A stretch of 57,247 bases of DNA from NCBI GenBank assembly GCA_964354795.1, contig CAYHBB010000021.1, positions 1 to 57,247 of the forward strand, given 5' to 3'. This document shows, in pieces, positions 1 to 11,847 of the stretch. Numbering within the stretch: position 1 is the first letter of the stretch; every line of letters starts with the position of its first letter. The translations under genes and the position numbers were made by a program. This DNA is from an uncultured Planctomycetales bacterium. Lineage in GTDB: Bacteria > Omnitrophota > Gorgyraeia > Gygaellales > Profunditerraquicolaceae. The notes below the pieces were generated by a model. It worked only from the letters and a program-made list of their open reading frames with translations. It was not told the origin of the DNA and searched no databases.

Positions 1-384
1 AATCTGCCCGATGGGCCGATTGCGGTGCGTGCTTTGCGTAAGGTCCCGGCAGGCGAGGCCTTAAGTCGCTATGAAGCTCCGCGTGGAGAGGACGTACATT
101 ATGTTTTATCTAACGGCACGGATAAGCCTGAACGGGTGAAAGTCCGCGCTCCGACATTAGCCAATATTCAGGCAGTAAAGCATATGCTTAAAGACAGGTA
201 TCTGGCGGATATGCCGATAGTGATTGCGGCAATTGATCCGTGTTTTTCCTGTACTGACCGCATGATTGTTTTGAATCACACCGAGAGTAATAAGAAAGAA
301 GTGATGAAGTGGCAGGACCTGCATAAGTACAGTATCGATTGGCATAAGAGAAGAGGATTCGATTTCTCCAAATTTAAAGGATAA
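1..384 (+). CDS. Group 4 (energy-converting) [NiFe]-hydrogenase large subunit, C-terminal part (5' truncated by window)
   Basis: Frame open from base 1; EAPRGE, RVKVRAPT and Ni-binding DPCFSCTDR motif followed by a C-terminal extension. Confidence 0.9.
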   Translation, partial: NLPDGPIAVRALRKVPAGEALSRYEAPRGEDVHYVLSNGTDKPERVKVRAPTLANIQAVKHMLKDRYLADMPIVIAAIDPCFSCTDRMIVLNHTESNKKEVMKWQDLHKYSIDWHKRRGFDFSKFKG

Positions 385-399
385 GCCAAAAAGGTTAAA

Positions 400-1338
400 A
401 TGTCAGCGTTATTTTCACTATTCATTTTTCCGGGAGTTTTATTCCTGATCGTTTTCGGGTTGCTTGCGGAGTTTATCGATCGCAAGATCTACGCCCGGCT
501 GCAGAACAGGATCGGCCCTCCCTGGTTTCAGCCTTTGGCGGATATTGTCAAGCTCTTAGCCAAAGAGGATATTATTCCTACTCATGCGAATGTCCACATG
601 TTTACTTTAGCGCCACTTTTCGCCCTTACCGCAACAGTGTGTTCTGTTTTTTATATTCCGATCTGGGGGACAAAAGCGCTTTATTCTTTTAACGGTGACA
701 TTATTGCCGTACTGTATTTATTGACTATTCCTACCCTGACATTTTTTATCGGCGGATGGTATTCCACTTCGCTTTATGCCAGGATCGGCGCAGTGCGCGC
801 TATTACTCAGCTATTCGCCTACGAGGTGCCTTTATTTATGGGCATACTTTCTCCGGCATTGCTGGCCAATACCTGGTCCTTAAGCGAGATGACCGTATTT
901 TACAGTCAGCATCCGCGGTATTGGTGTTTTAATCTGATCGGCTTTGGGGTTTCCGTGGTAGCGCTCTTGGGCAAGCTCGAGAAGACTCCTTTTGACATAC
1001 CGGAAGCAGAAACCGAGATCGTCGCCGGGTGTTTCACCGAATATAGCGGAAGGCTTTTAGCTTTTTTTCGTATGACCATAGATATTGAGATGATCGTCGG
1101 GGCTACGCTTTTTGCCGCGGTATTTCTGCCTTTTGGCCTTACTATTAACCCTGTTGCAGGGTTTACAATATACTTGATCAAGGTTCTTTGCGTAGTGGCA
1201 CTTCTTGCGCTAATACGTACTATCGTGGCGCGTGTGAGGATCGACCAGATGATCCGGTTCTGCTGGAAATATCTCGCTCCTCTTGCGCTGGTGCAGGTTT
1301 TTATTAACCTAATATTAAAAATACTGTTATTTAAATGA
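400..1338 (+). CDS. Hydrogenase membrane subunit, NuoH/HycD/EchB family
   Basis: DRKIYARLQNRIGPP, ADIVKLLAKED, PFDIPEAETEIVAG..TEYSG motifs; multiple TM helices. Confidence 0.92.
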   Translation: MSALFSLFIFPGVLFLIVFGLLAEFIDRKIYARLQNRIGPPWFQPLADIVKLLAKEDIIPTHANVHMFTLAPLFALTATVCSVFYIPIWGTKALYSFNGDIIAVLYLLTIPTLTFFIGGWYSTSLYARIGAVRAITQLFAYEVPLFMGILSPALLANTWSLSEMTVFYSQHPRYWCFNLIGFGVSVVALLGKLEKTPFDIPEAETEIVAGCFTEYSGRLLAFFRMTIDIEMIVGATLFAAVFLPFGLTINPVAGFTIYLIKVLCVVALLALIRTIVARVRIDQMIRFCWKYLAPLALVQVFINLILKILLFK

Positions 1339-1724
1339 GGCCGGGAAAGATCTTACGCACAGTCCTGGGGTCAATCTTTAAGAAACCCGCGACCCAGGAT
1401 TATCCGCATAACAAGTCAGGTATGCCTAAGGGTTTCAGGGGGAAGCTTAAGTTTGATTCTGAAAAATGCATAGGCTGTAAAATGTGCATGAAGGATTGTC
1501 CCTCCGCGGCAATCACTATACGCGAGGTTGCGCCCAAGAAGTTTGAGTGCGAGATCGACCTCTCCAAGTGCATCTATTGCGCGCAGTGCGTGGATACCTG
1601 CCCCAAAAAAGCGCTTGAGGCCACTGATGAGTTTGAGCTTGCCCAGCTGGATATCAGCAAGCTGAAAGTGATTTTTCATGCAAAAATTGATTCAGGGCCT
1701 GAAAACCCGGCTCAAGGCAGCTAA
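1335..1724 (+). CDS. 2x[4Fe-4S] ferredoxin subunit, NuoI/HycF/EchF family
   Basis: CIGCKMCMKDCP and CIYCAQCVDTCP; FRGKL motif. Confidence 0.92.
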   Translation: MRPGKILRTVLGSIFKKPATQDYPHNKSGMPKGFRGKLKFDSEKCIGCKMCMKDCPSAAITIREVAPKKFECEIDLSKCIYCAQCVDTCPKKALEATDEFELAQLDISKLKVIFHAKIDSGPENPAQGS

Positions 1725-2166
1725 GCGGATAGCTCTTTTAGGGGTGGGTTCTCAATTGCGCGGCGACGATGCCGCAGGAATCCTGGTTGCAGATGCGTTG
1801 TCAAAAAAAATCTGCAGAAAAAATAACCTAAAAGTATTTCTCGGGCATACCGCTCCTGAGAACCTAACCGGCGAAATAAAGAAATTTAAGCCACAGCATC
1901 TAATAATCATTGATTCTGCTGATATGGGCAAGAAGGCGGGAGATGTTTCATTAATCGATCTTTTTGATCTTAGCGGAGTTACTTTTTCTACACATCAATT
2001 GCCGGTAGCAATAATGGCAGATTATTTGATGCAGGCTACTGGGTGTCAGATTTCTATTATTGGCATTCAGCCTAAGCAACTGAAGTTTGATAGCAAGGTA
2101 TCCCAAGAAATATTGAGATCTGTTAAGCAGTTAGTTACCGGACTTCAGCAAGTTCTGGGCGCTTGA
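1678..2166 (+). CDS. hycI: Hydrogenase maturation endopeptidase, HycI family
   Basis: GVGSQLRGDDAAG, TAPEN, IIIDSAD, STHQLP. Confidence 0.9.
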   Translation: MQKLIQGLKTRLKAAKRIALLGVGSQLRGDDAAGILVADALSKKICRKNNLKVFLGHTAPENLTGEIKKFKPQHLIIIDSADMGKKAGDVSLIDLFDLSGVTFSTHQLPVAIMADYLMQATGCQISIIGIQPKQLKFDSKVSQEILRSVKQLVTGLQQVLGA

Positions 2167-2193
2167 TTTCATATTACAAGAGGCAAAGTAGAT

Positions 2194-2814
2194 ATGCAGT
2201 TTATATATAACATACTTAAGACTCCAATCCGTTTTTTTAAGTTACTTTATGGCTGGACAGTGCATTGGGCAAAGTCACCACACGCGCCTTGGGCCCTGTT
2301 TGGGATTGCGTTTATTGAGAGCTCTTTTTTTCCTATTCCCCCTGATGTTCTGCTGATAGCAATGGTGTTGGCAGAGCGTAAAAAATGGATCCGTAATGCA
2401 GTAATCTGCACGATCGGATCAGTGTTGGGGGCGCTCTTTGGTTATTTTATCGGTTGGAGCTTATATGAAAGTGTAGGCAAGTTCATTGTTAATACATATC
2501 ATCTTCAGCCTACAATGGAGTTAGTTGGCCGTAAATATGCGGAAAATGCTTTTTTAACCATATTTACCGCCGCTTTTACTCCTATACCTTATAAAATAAT
2601 CACTATTGCGGCAGGGCTGTTTAAAATTTCATTAGTTACTCTTGTCATTGCGTCGGTTATCGGTAGGGCAGGACGATTTTTCATTGTTGCGGGAGCTTTA
2701 AGGATCTTTGGGGCGAGAATTGAGAAAAGCATAGAGAAATATTTTGATTTATTTTCGATTATTTTTATTCTACTCTTAATTGGCGGGTTCTTTGCCATAA
2801 AATATTTAAAATAA
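2194..2814 (+). CDS. DedA/YqaA family membrane protein
   Basis: FIESSFFPIPPD and FTPIPYK motifs. Confidence 0.88.
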   Translation: MQFIYNILKTPIRFFKLLYGWTVHWAKSPHAPWALFGIAFIESSFFPIPPDVLLIAMVLAERKKWIRNAVICTIGSVLGALFGYFIGWSLYESVGKFIVNTYHLQPTMELVGRKYAENAFLTIFTAAFTPIPYKIITIAAGLFKISLVTLVIASVIGRAGRFFIVAGALRIFGARIEKSIEKYFDLFSIIFILLLIGGFFAIKYLK

Positions 2815-2852
2815 ATACTTTAGAGAAATAGTGTTATTATTTGGATTGTGGC

Positions 2853-2880
2853 TTGCAAGATTACCCAGATGATTTATAAT
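2853..2880 (+). promoter_or_regulatory. sigma70-type promoter of exbBD-atp operon
   Basis: TTGCAA-N16-TATAAT. Confidence 0.6.
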
Positions 2881-2913
2881 GGGAAGAAGGTAAAGGACGT
2901 TTAATGATATTTT

Positions 2914-3005
2914 GCCCCACCTCGTAGAATGTGTCAAAATTCTCTTCGATAATTTTGGCACACTCGGTGGGGTTAAATTCCTGCGCCTACGGCGCAGAAA
3001 TTTAA
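2914..3005. repeat. Long bulged palindrome (family B) plus second hairpin abutting the exbB RBS
   Basis: GCCCCACC..TGTGTCAAAATT-ctcttcgat-AATTTTGGCACA..GGTGGGGT then TTAAATTCCTGCGCC-tac-GGCGCAGAAATTTAA; similar to 5361-5439. Confidence 0.7.
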
Positions 3006-3017
3006 GGAGGGTCTCAA

Positions 3018-3635
3018 ATGCCTTTATGGAAGATAATCAATACTGGCGGTATCACCATCTACATACTTGTAGCCTGTTCTATTTTATCGCTGGCCATTAT
3101 CTTTGAGCGGTTTGTTTATTACCGCAAGCGCTCCCGCATTAAAAGGACAGATTTTATGGCCGAGATCAAGGCTCAGCTTTTAAAGGGTAATGTCAAGGGA
3201 GCGGTCATGTTTTGTATTGATACCGATACGCCGTTTTCCTCGGTGGTGCATTCCGGGCTCAATCTCTACGGCCACAGCGAAGTGGTGATATCCAACACTA
3301 TGGAGCGTGAGATCTCTGTTGAGACCACAAAGCTGGAGCGTTTTACCAGCATCGTTGGGACTCTCGGAAGCACTGGGGTTTATATCGGGCTTTTTGGCAC
3401 GGTGTTAGGTATTATCCGGGCTTTCCGCGATATATCGGTCAGCGGCTCCGGTGGATTAAGCGTAGTCATTAACGGCATTTCCGAAGCGCTGATCTGCACT
3501 GCGGCAGGGCTTGCGGTGGCGATCCCCGCGGTCATCGCTTACAATTATTTTATCAAGAAGATCGATAATTTCGTGGTGGATATGGAGCTGTGCGCTTCTG
3601 AAACCATGGATTTAGTCACAGCTAAGCTGAAATGA
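3018..3635 (+). CDS. exbB: MotA/TolQ/ExbB proton channel protein
   Basis: [33 protein letters not shown]. Confidence 0.88.
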   Translation: MPLWKIINTGGITIYILVACSILSLAIIFERFVYYRKRSRIKRTDFMAEIKAQLLKGNVKGAVMFCIDTDTPFSSVVHSGLNLYGHSEVVISNTMEREISVETTKLERFTSIVGTLGSTGVYIGLFGTVLGIIRAFRDISVSGSGGLSVVINGISEALICTAAGLAVAIPAVIAYNYFIKKIDNFVVDMELCASETMDLVTAKLK

Positions 3636-4039
3636 TCGGCAAATCCCGAAGGCAGAAACTGGTATCCGAAATAAATATCACTCCTTTTACGGACGTGATC
3701 CTGGTGCTTTTGATCATCTTCATGATCACCACACCCTTGATCTCCCAGTCAGGGCTCAAGGTCAAGCTTCCTGAGGCGAAGAGTGCTACTCCCATGAAGG
3801 GCAAGGAGCAGGCGGAGATCACTATCACTAACGAAGGGATGGTCTATCTGGAAGAGAAGCTGGTGACCAGGAAAGAGCTTAAAGAGCGGATGGGGGCTAT
3901 ATATTTGGATAATTCCAATATTGCGGTGGTCTTGAAAGCGGATAAGCTGGTCAACTTTAAAGAGATAGTCGGTGTTTTGGATGTTTTAAACGCATTAGGT
4001 ATTAAGAATCTTAATATCGCGGCAATAGCCGAACAGTAA
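3632..4039 (+). CDS. exbD: ExbD/TolR protein
   Basis: [22 protein letters not shown]; LKADK. Confidence 0.88.
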   Translation: MIGKSRRQKLVSEINITPFTDVILVLLIIFMITTPLISQSGLKVKLPEAKSATPMKGKEQAEITITNEGMVYLEEKLVTRKELKERMGAIYLDNSNIAVVLKADKLVNFKEIVGVLDVLNALGIKNLNIAAIAEQ

Positions 4040-4060
4040 ATCTTTGGCTAAATTATTAAT

Positions 4061-4303
4061 ATGGCCGATAAAGGAAAGCTATACAAACGCATAAAGATCG
4101 CTGGCCTGATCAGTTTTATCCCCATAATCCTGGCAGTTTCTCCGCTTGGCGGCTTTTTTTTAGGAGAATATTTACAGAATAAATTCGGCCTTGGGCTGCA
4201 CGCTATCCTGATCTTTACCAGCCTTGGTTTTCTTGCCGCAATATTTGAGATTGTCAGGATTATCCGTTTAGTGATCAGGATAGAAAAGGTAACAGATGGA
4301 TGA
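4061..4303 (+). CDS. AtpZ/AtpI-like small membrane protein
   Basis: Two TM helices with G..LG..L pattern, first gene of atp cluster. Confidence 0.7.
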   Translation: MADKGKLYKRIKIAGLISFIPIILAVSPLGGFFLGEYLQNKFGLGLHAILIFTSLGFLAAIFEIVRIIRLVIRIEKVTDG

Positions 4304-4658
4304 ATTCTTAAAGAAATCCGTAAAATACACCGCAACCCTGGTCCTGGTAATCTGCGCTGTTTTAGTTATCATGGACAAATGGGTCTGGGCAGGTGGCTTT
4401 ATTATTGGTTTTGCTTGGTCAATAGCGGATATGGTGCTGACCTTCAGGTTGCTGCGCATAGCCATACTTAAGGAAGAGAAGTCAAAGCTTTACGCGATCC
4501 TCATGCTAAAGTTCCCCGTGCTTTATCTGGCGGGTTTTCTGATCGTTATGTTGCGCGTTTTTCCGGTATGGAGCCTGCTTTTGGGGTTATTGCCGATTTT
4601 CCCTGTAATGGGAGTAGTTAAATTATGGAGCAAGAAAGCCCTAACCTGGTCAGCATAA
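4296..4658 (+). CDS. atpI: ATP synthase protein I-like (4 TM)
   Basis: Hydrophobic 120 aa protein immediately upstream of atpB. Confidence 0.65.
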   Translation: MDEFLKKSVKYTATLVLVICAVLVIMDKWVWAGGFIIGFAWSIADMVLTFRLLRIAILKEEKSKLYAILMLKFPVLYLAGFLIVMLRVFPVWSLLLGLLPIFPVMGVVKLWSKKALTWSA

Positions 4659-5377
4659 TTGCGGCCCTTTTTAATAATGCCGCTTGGACTAAATACCTTT
4701 TTGTCTGGGAAAATTGTATTTTTTCTCTTTTGATCATTCTGGGGCTGGTCATTTTTTCTTATTTTGCTTCGCGTAAGAGAAGCCTTGTCCCGGGCAGGCT
4801 TCAGAATATCGCGGAGGTGTATGTTTCCGGCGTAGATGATTTTGTCTGCGGGGTGCTGGGGAAGAAGGGAAGAAAGTATGTCCCTTTTATCGGTACCCTT
4901 TTTATCTATATCATCTCCATGAACTTCATGGGCCTGATTCCGTTCATGAAATCATCGACCACTAGCTGGTCGACTACACTGGCCCTGTCTTTATGTGTAT
5001 TTGTTTATGTGCAGTATACCGCTCTTAAAGAAAATGGGCTGATCGGATACATCGATCATTTGATGGACAAGCCAAGGGGGATACTGGCTTATTCCGTGTT
5101 TATCCCGCTGTTGATGCTGGTTTTGCACACTATTACCGAGCTGGTCAAGCCTTTGAGCCTGTCTTTACGTTTGAGAAGTAATATCATGGGGGATGATCTG
5201 GGCATGTCGATAATAGCCGGGATGGGCCTTCCGTGGCTGCCACTGTTATTGATGAATACCTTTTTAGCGATCATCGCCTGCATAGTCCAGGCGCTGGTTT
5301 TCTGCCTTTTAAGCACGGTGTATTTCGCGCTGGTGTTACCGGAGGAAGAGGAAAGAATATTTAACCCCGCTTCATAA
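4625..5377 (+). CDS. atpB: F1Fo ATP synthase subunit a
   Basis: PGRLQNIAE, NFMGLIP, KPLSLSLRL, VQALVFCLLSTVY. Confidence 0.95.
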   Translation: MEQESPNLVSIIAALFNNAAWTKYLFVWENCIFSLLIILGLVIFSYFASRKRSLVPGRLQNIAEVYVSGVDDFVCGVLGKKGRKYVPFIGTLFIYIISMNFMGLIPFMKSSTTSWSTTLALSLCVFVYVQYTALKENGLIGYIDHLMDKPRGILAYSVFIPLLMLVLHTITELVKPLSLSLRLRSNIMGDDLGMSIIAGMGLPWLPLLLMNTFLAIIACIVQALVFCLLSTVYFALVLPEEEERIFNPAS

Positions 5378-5491
5378 ACGCACGCAAAATTTTACTGGCG
5401 CAAAGCGCCGTGAAATTTTGCGGCATTCGGCGGGGTCAATTCGCCCAAACAACTTACGTCGTCCCAGTAAGGGACTCCGTAAGTTGTGGGC
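5361..5491. repeat. Family-B palindrome overlapping atpB stop, plus a second nested hairpin before atpE
   Basis: ACCCCGC..CGCAAAATTTTAC-tggcgcaaagcgcc-GTGAAATTTTGCG..GCGGGGT; then GCCCA..ACAACTTACG-gtccc/gggac-CGTAAGTTGTGGGC. Confidence 0.7.
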
Positions 5492-5509
5492 TCATTGAGG
5501 AGGTTCGAT

Positions 5510-5743
5510 ATGGATTACAGAGCAGCATTGGCATTGGCAATACCTTTAGGGTTAGGCCTGGCCGCGTTAGGTTGCGGGCTGGGGCTAGGCAGAGCGGTGG
5601 GGTCGGCGATGGATGCGACCGGCAGGCAGCCTGAGGCGTCGATGAAGATACTGATCAATATGGCTGCGGGTTGCGCCTTTATCGAGGCCTTGACCATATA
5701 CGTCTGGGTACTGGCCTTCATGTTGATGGGTAAGATTTCTTAA
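5510..5743 (+). CDS. atpE: F1Fo ATP synthase subunit c
   Basis: GxGxGxG motif, RQPE loop, essential Glu in FIEALTIY; GAGGAGG RBS supports ATG 5510. Confidence 0.95.
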   Translation: MDYRAALALAIPLGLGLAALGCGLGLGRAVGSAMDATGRQPEASMKILINMAAGCAFIEALTIYVWVLAFMLMGKIS

Positions 5744-5750
5744 AAGACAA

Positions 5751-6260
5751 ATGGAAGACCTGTTAAAACTCTTAAGCACCAACGAGATCGTGGCGCAAAT
5801 TGTCAATTTTCTAATACTCCTTTTGATCTTGCGCATATTCCTTTGGAAGAGGGTTTTAGCGCTTCTTGAACAGAGAAGGGAAAGGATCGCTTCCGAATTC
5901 AAGAAGATAGAGGATTCTCACGCGCAGGCAGCCAGGCTTCAGGCTGAATACGAGGTAAGGCTTGCCGCTATCGAGGTTGAAGCGAAAAAGAAGATCCAGG
6001 AGGCGATTGCTGAGGGCCGTAAGATCACCGATGAGGTGCGTAAGAAGGCCCATGAGGAGTCTCAAACAATCATCAATAACGCCAGGGCGAATATCCAGCA
6101 TGAATTATCCCATGCCAAGGAAGAGTTAAAAGACAGGATCGTTGACCTGACTATCGCCGCTGCGGAAAGCGTAATAGAGGACAGGCTTACCGAAGAAGAG
6201 GACCGCAGGCTGGTCAAGGATTTTCTTAACCGGATGGATGAGATAGATGATAAAGGATAA
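5751..6260 (+). CDS. atpF: F1Fo ATP synthase subunit b
   Basis: QIVNFLILLLIL..LW TM followed by charged coiled coil. Confidence 0.93.
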   Translation: MEDLLKLLSTNEIVAQIVNFLILLLILRIFLWKRVLALLEQRRERIASEFKKIEDSHAQAARLQAEYEVRLAAIEVEAKKKIQEAIAEGRKITDEVRKKAHEESQTIINNARANIQHELSHAKEELKDRIVDLTIAAAESVIEDRLTEEEDRRLVKDFLNRMDEIDDKG

Positions 6261-6810
6261 GATCATCGCCAAGCGCTACGCCGACGCCTATATGGATTTT
6301 ACCAAAGGGGCTATCGGCTGGGAAAAGGCTATTGAGGAATTTAAGGAATTAAAGAACGTCCTTATCCATGAAAATCCCGGCTTCATGGAATTCCTCACTC
6401 ATGAAGGCATAGGCCACAATGATAAGCTTGCGTTTGTGGACCGCGTGCTAAACGATAATTATTCCGAGGAACTTAAGTCTTTCCTGAAGCTTCTGGTAGA
6501 TAAGGAGCGCATCGGACATCTTCTGGATATAGCCGAATATATCAGGATATATTATTCCCACGGACAGGAGATCGAGGCGTTATTAAAGACTTCCTTTCCG
6601 CTGGATGTGGAAGTGATCAGGTCAATAGAAAATAAGCTAGAGAAAAAGCTGAATAAGAAGTTCAAGTTTTATATCGACCTGGACGCGGGTCTGCTCGGGG
6701 GGATCCAGGTGGTCATGGGGGACAACACCATAATTGACGACTCGGTGAAGAAAAGGCTATCTGACTTGAAGGAAAAATTAAGAGGGGTAAAGGTGTACTA
6801 TGGCGCTTAA
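6247..6810 (+). CDS. atpH: F1 subunit delta
   Basis: IAKRYADA; D..LLGG..V....IIDDSVK. Confidence 0.9.
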   Translation: MIKDKIIAKRYADAYMDFTKGAIGWEKAIEEFKELKNVLIHENPGFMEFLTHEGIGHNDKLAFVDRVLNDNYSEELKSFLKLLVDKERIGHLLDIAEYIRIYYSHGQEIEALLKTSFPLDVEVIRSIENKLEKKLNKKFKFYIDLDAGLLGGIQVVMGDNTIIDDSVKKRLSDLKEKLRGVKVYYGA

Positions 6811-8326
6811 ACCGGAAGAAGTAACTTCGATCATTGCTGAGGAACTGAAAAAATACAAGAGCCGCATGAGGGTGGAGTCTGTCGGCACAGTCATACAGGT
6901 GGGCGATACCATCGCGCGCATCCACGGTCTTGATGACGTGATGATGGGCGAGTTGGTGGTCTTTGCCGAGAAAGAAAAAGTTGTAGGCCTGGTGATGAAC
7001 CTTGAAGAAGATTCCGTCGGCGTAGTCATATTCGGAACGGATAATCCGGATAAAGATATTCGGGAAGGGGATATTGTCAAACGTACGGGTAAGATCGTGC
7101 AGGTGCCGGTAGGGGAAGCGCTGGTCGGCCGTGTAGTCAATGCCCTGGGCCGGCCCATTGATGGAAAAGGCCCGGTGCAGCACACTTTGACCCGGCCCAT
7201 CGAGATCCACTCTCCTAATGTGGTGGAGCGCCAGCCGGTATGCCAATCACTTGAAACCGGCATCAAGGCAGTGGACGCCATGATCCCTATCGGTCGCGGC
7301 CAGCGCGAGCTGATCATCGGAGACCGTCAGACCGGAAAGACCTCTATAGTCCTTGATACGATTATTAATCAAAAAGGAAAAGGAGTATATTGCATTTACT
7401 GCGCCATCGGCCAAAAGCTCTCTAGTGTCGTAGCAGTGCACGATACTTTAGAAAAAGCCGGGGCAATGCAGTATACAACAATTGTAAGCGCCTCCAGCCG
7501 GGCCTCCGCATCATTGCAGTATCTGGCTCCTTATGGCGCAACCGCCATGGGCGAAGAGTTCATGTATTCCGGAAAACACGTGCTGGTAATATATGATGAT
7601 CTGTCCAAGCATGCCCAGGCCTACCGTCAGCTTTCTTTGTTATTGCGTCGTCCCCCGGGAAGAGAGGCTTATCCGGGAGATGTCTTTTATCTGCACTCGC
7701 GCCTCTTGGAGCGCGCGGCAAAATTAAACGACTCACTTGGAGCGGGGTCTCTTACAGCTATTCCCATCGTTGAGACCCAGGCAGGGGATTTCACCAGCTA
7801 TATTCCGACTAACGTCATCTCTATTACCGATGGGCAGATCTATCTGGAAAATGATTTATTTTATGCCGGCGTGAGGCCCGCGATCAATGTAGGGCTGTCT
7901 GTTTCGCGCGTGGGAGGCAAGGCTCAGCGTAAAGCCATGCGTCAGGTATCCGGAAAACTCAGGATAGATCTCGCCCAATACCGGGAACTTGAGACCTTTA
8001 CCCAGTTTGGTACAGATCTAGATAAGGCTACTCAGACCCAGCTTACTCGCGGTGAGAAAGTTGTCGAAATCCTCAAGCAGCCGCAGTATAACCCTCTGCC
8101 CATGGCCAAACAGGTGATGATCATATATGCCGCGACCAAGGGATTTTTGGACAACCTGCCGAATATCTGCATCAAGAGATTTGAGGCCGAGTTTTATAAG
8201 TTTATTGATCTTAAGTATTCGGATATTGAGCGCACAATAGAGTCTAGCGGTGAGCTGGGAGACCAGACCGCTAAATCTCTGGAAAGCGCGATCAGCGAAT
8301 TCATAAAAGAATTCAAGCCGCAGTAA
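6800..8326 (+). CDS. atpA: F1 subunit alpha
   Basis: GDRQTGKT Walker [25 protein letters not shown]. Confidence 0.98.
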   Translation: MALKPEEVTSIIAEELKKYKSRMRVESVGTVIQVGDTIARIHGLDDVMMGELVVFAEKEKVVGLVMNLEEDSVGVVIFGTDNPDKDIREGDIVKRTGKIVQVPVGEALVGRVVNALGRPIDGKGPVQHTLTRPIEIHSPNVVERQPVCQSLETGIKAVDAMIPIGRGQRELIIGDRQTGKTSIVLDTIINQKGKGVYCIYCAIGQKLSSVVAVHDTLEKAGAMQYTTIVSASSRASASLQYLAPYGATAMGEEFMYSGKHVLVIYDDLSKHAQAYRQLSLLLRRPPGREAYPGDVFYLHSRLLERAAKLNDSLGAGSLTAIPIVETQAGDFTSYIPTNVISITDGQIYLENDLFYAGVRPAINVGLSVSRVGGKAQRKAMRQVSGKLRIDLAQYRELETFTQFGTDLDKATQTQLTRGEKVVEILKQPQYNPLPMAKQVMIIYAATKGFLDNLPNICIKRFEAEFYKFIDLKYSDIERTIESSGELGDQTAKSLESAISEFIKEFKPQ

Positions 8327-8329
8327 TAT

Positions 8330-9187
8330 ATGGCACAGTCAATACGCCAGATTAAAAACCGCATCAAGAGTGTTGAAAATACTGAAAAGGTCACCTCAGC
8401 CATGCAGATGGTTTCTTCTTCCAAGCTTAACCGCATGAACACGCTGCTGGCAGCGGTGCGGCCCTATTTTCTTAAAGTCGAGTCATTGACCAATGATCTT
8501 TTAACTAGCGTCGAGCATATAGACAGCCCGTTTATCGCAAGCCGCCAGGCTTCAGGAAAGATACTTTTATGCCTGATTGCTTCTGACGGCGGGTTGTGCG
8601 GAGTTTACAACAACAATATCTTGCGCGCCGTTGATGAGTTCTTGCGTTCAAGGGACAAATCCAAAGTCAAGCTGGTGCTGGTGGGCAAAAAGGGGTTCAA
8701 CTATTTCAAGAAGCATGAGGCCCTTGAAATATACAATTTTTACATCGGGCTCAACGGAAAGTATTCTGAAACCGCGGCTGGAGAGATCCTTAAGCTGATT
8801 ACCGATAAGTATCTGGCTGGGACAGTTGATGAAGTATATGTGGCTTATACCCATTTTCAGAGCGCGTTGGTGCATAAGCCGGTAGTTGAGAAATTTTTAA
8901 ATCTCGACCCCCAAAAGGGCAAGGTTTACGACTATATTTTTGATCCTAGCAGGGCAAAGATTCTTGATGAGCTTATCCCGCGCTATGTGGGGATGAAATT
9001 CCGTCTTATGCTTTTAGAGGCATTTACCGCAGAGCATGCATCGCGCACCGTGGCCATGAAGATGGCTACGGAAAACGCCCGCGATATGTTGCAGAGCCTG
9101 ACGTTGTTGCGCAATAAAGTGCGCCAGGCAAAAATAACCGAGGAGATGTTGGATATCATCTCATCGGTGGAAGCTTTGAAAGGATAA
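8330..9187 (+). CDS. atpG: F1 subunit gamma
   Basis: RIKSVENTEKVTSAMQMVS, GLCG.YN, NKVRQAKITEE. Confidence 0.97.
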   Translation: MAQSIRQIKNRIKSVENTEKVTSAMQMVSSSKLNRMNTLLAAVRPYFLKVESLTNDLLTSVEHIDSPFIASRQASGKILLCLIASDGGLCGVYNNNILRAVDEFLRSRDKSKVKLVLVGKKGFNYFKKHEALEIYNFYIGLNGKYSETAAGEILKLITDKYLAGTVDEVYVAYTHFQSALVHKPVVEKFLNLDPQKGKVYDYIFDPSRAKILDELIPRYVGMKFRLMLLEAFTAEHASRTVAMKMATENARDMLQSLTLLRNKVRQAKITEEMLDIISSVEALKG

Positions 9188-10859
<1,672 letters not shown>

Positions 10860-10876
10860 ATTACCCTTATTTTTTC

Positions 10877-10904
10877 TTGACAAACAGTAGTTTTGTGTTA
10901 AATT
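10877..10904 (+). promoter_or_regulatory. sigma70 promoter of nfnAB-gdhA
   Basis: TTGACA-N16-TAAATT with TGTG upstream of -10. Confidence 0.7.
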
Positions 10905-10916
10905 CTTACGTGAGTA

Positions 10917-10981
10917 GACGAAGGCGTCCATTCTTTAATGCATAATTTCTGTGCACATTAAAGAGCGGGCGCTTATTTTTT
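10917..10981 (+). promoter_or_regulatory. Leader attenuator: hexaloop hairpin GAC-GAAGGC-GTC overlapping an intrinsic terminator (ANTAR-type)
   Basis: AGGCGTCC-attctttaatg...cattaaagagc-GGGCGCTT followed by ATTTTTT, between promoter and start codon. Confidence 0.6.
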
Positions 10982-10992
10982 GGTCAAATCCT

Positions 10993-11817
10993 ATGAAAAT
11001 ATTAGAAAAAGCAGTTTTATCCGATTATCAGGGCACCAGAGTGGTCAGGATGAAGGTTTTTGCCCCGCATATCGCGGCTAAAGCCAGGCCCGGGCAGTTT
11101 GTTGTGCTTATGGTCAGTGAAGTTGGGGAAAGGATCCCTTTGACCATAGTGGAACGGAATAGCGAATCCATCATTATTATTTTTCAGGAAGTGGGCTTGA
11201 CCACTAAGCTTTTGGGAAGACTTAACATCGGTGATTCCTTATACGCTATTGCCGGACCTCTGGGGCATCCTACCCAGATAAAGAATTACGGAAAAGTGAT
11301 CATAGTCGGAGGAGGGGTGGGGATAGCTGAGATCTATCCGGTGGCCCGGGCTTTTAAAGAGGCGGGAAACCATGTCACTACTATTCTGGGGGCCAGGACA
11401 AAAGATCTGCTTATTTTGGAAAAGGAACTGATGAGTGCTTCTAATGAGATCCATGTACTCACTGATGACGGCTCAAATTCCAGGAAAGGATTCACCACTG
11501 ATGCGCTGGATGAGCTTCTTTCGAAAGATAAATACGACTTGGTGTATTCAGTCGGGCCGATTCCTATGATGAAGAGGGTGGCTCAGGTGACTAAAAAATA
11601 CAATACCCTGACTATTGTGTCATTAAATGCGATCATGGTCGATGCCACAGGTATGTGCGGATGCTGCCGGGTGACCGTGGACGGCAAGACGAAGTTCAGC
11701 TGTGTGGATGGCCCGGAATTTCCGGCGCAGGCGGTAGACTGGGATGAGCTGACCAAAAGAAACCGCGTTTACGAGCAAAAAGAAAAGCATCTTTGTAATT
11801 TGAATAAAATAGTGTGA
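10993..11817 (+). CDS. nfnA: NfnA/SudB/PyrK-like FAD, [2Fe-2S] electron-transfer subunit
   Basis: PGQFV, ERIPLT, GPLG, GGGVG, MVDATGMCGCC..SCVDGPEF; ATG 10993 preferred because the GTG start lies inside the leader terminator. Confidence 0.85.
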   Translation: MKILEKAVLSDYQGTRVVRMKVFAPHIAAKARPGQFVVLMVSEVGERIPLTIVERNSESIIIIFQEVGLTTKLLGRLNIGDSLYAIAGPLGHPTQIKNYGKVIIVGGGVGIAEIYPVARAFKEAGNHVTTILGARTKDLLILEKELMSASNEIHVLTDDGSNSRKGFTTDALDELLSKDKYDLVYSVGPIPMMKRVAQVTKKYNTLTIVSLNAIMVDATGMCGCCRVTVDGKTKFSCVDGPEFPAQAVDWDELTKRNRVYEQKEKHLCNLNKIV

Positions 11818-11847
11818 TTAGCAGGAAGTAAAAAGAGGGCTAATCAA

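Noticed and set aside
2912-3106. Small ORFs 2912-3106 and 5410-5634
   Set aside because: They start inside palindromes and overlap exbB or atpE out of frame.
5510-5743. Na+-coupled or N-type ATPase
   Set aside because: Subunit c lacks the Gln and ES(T) sodium signature, and gene order is the standard BEFHAGDC with delta present.
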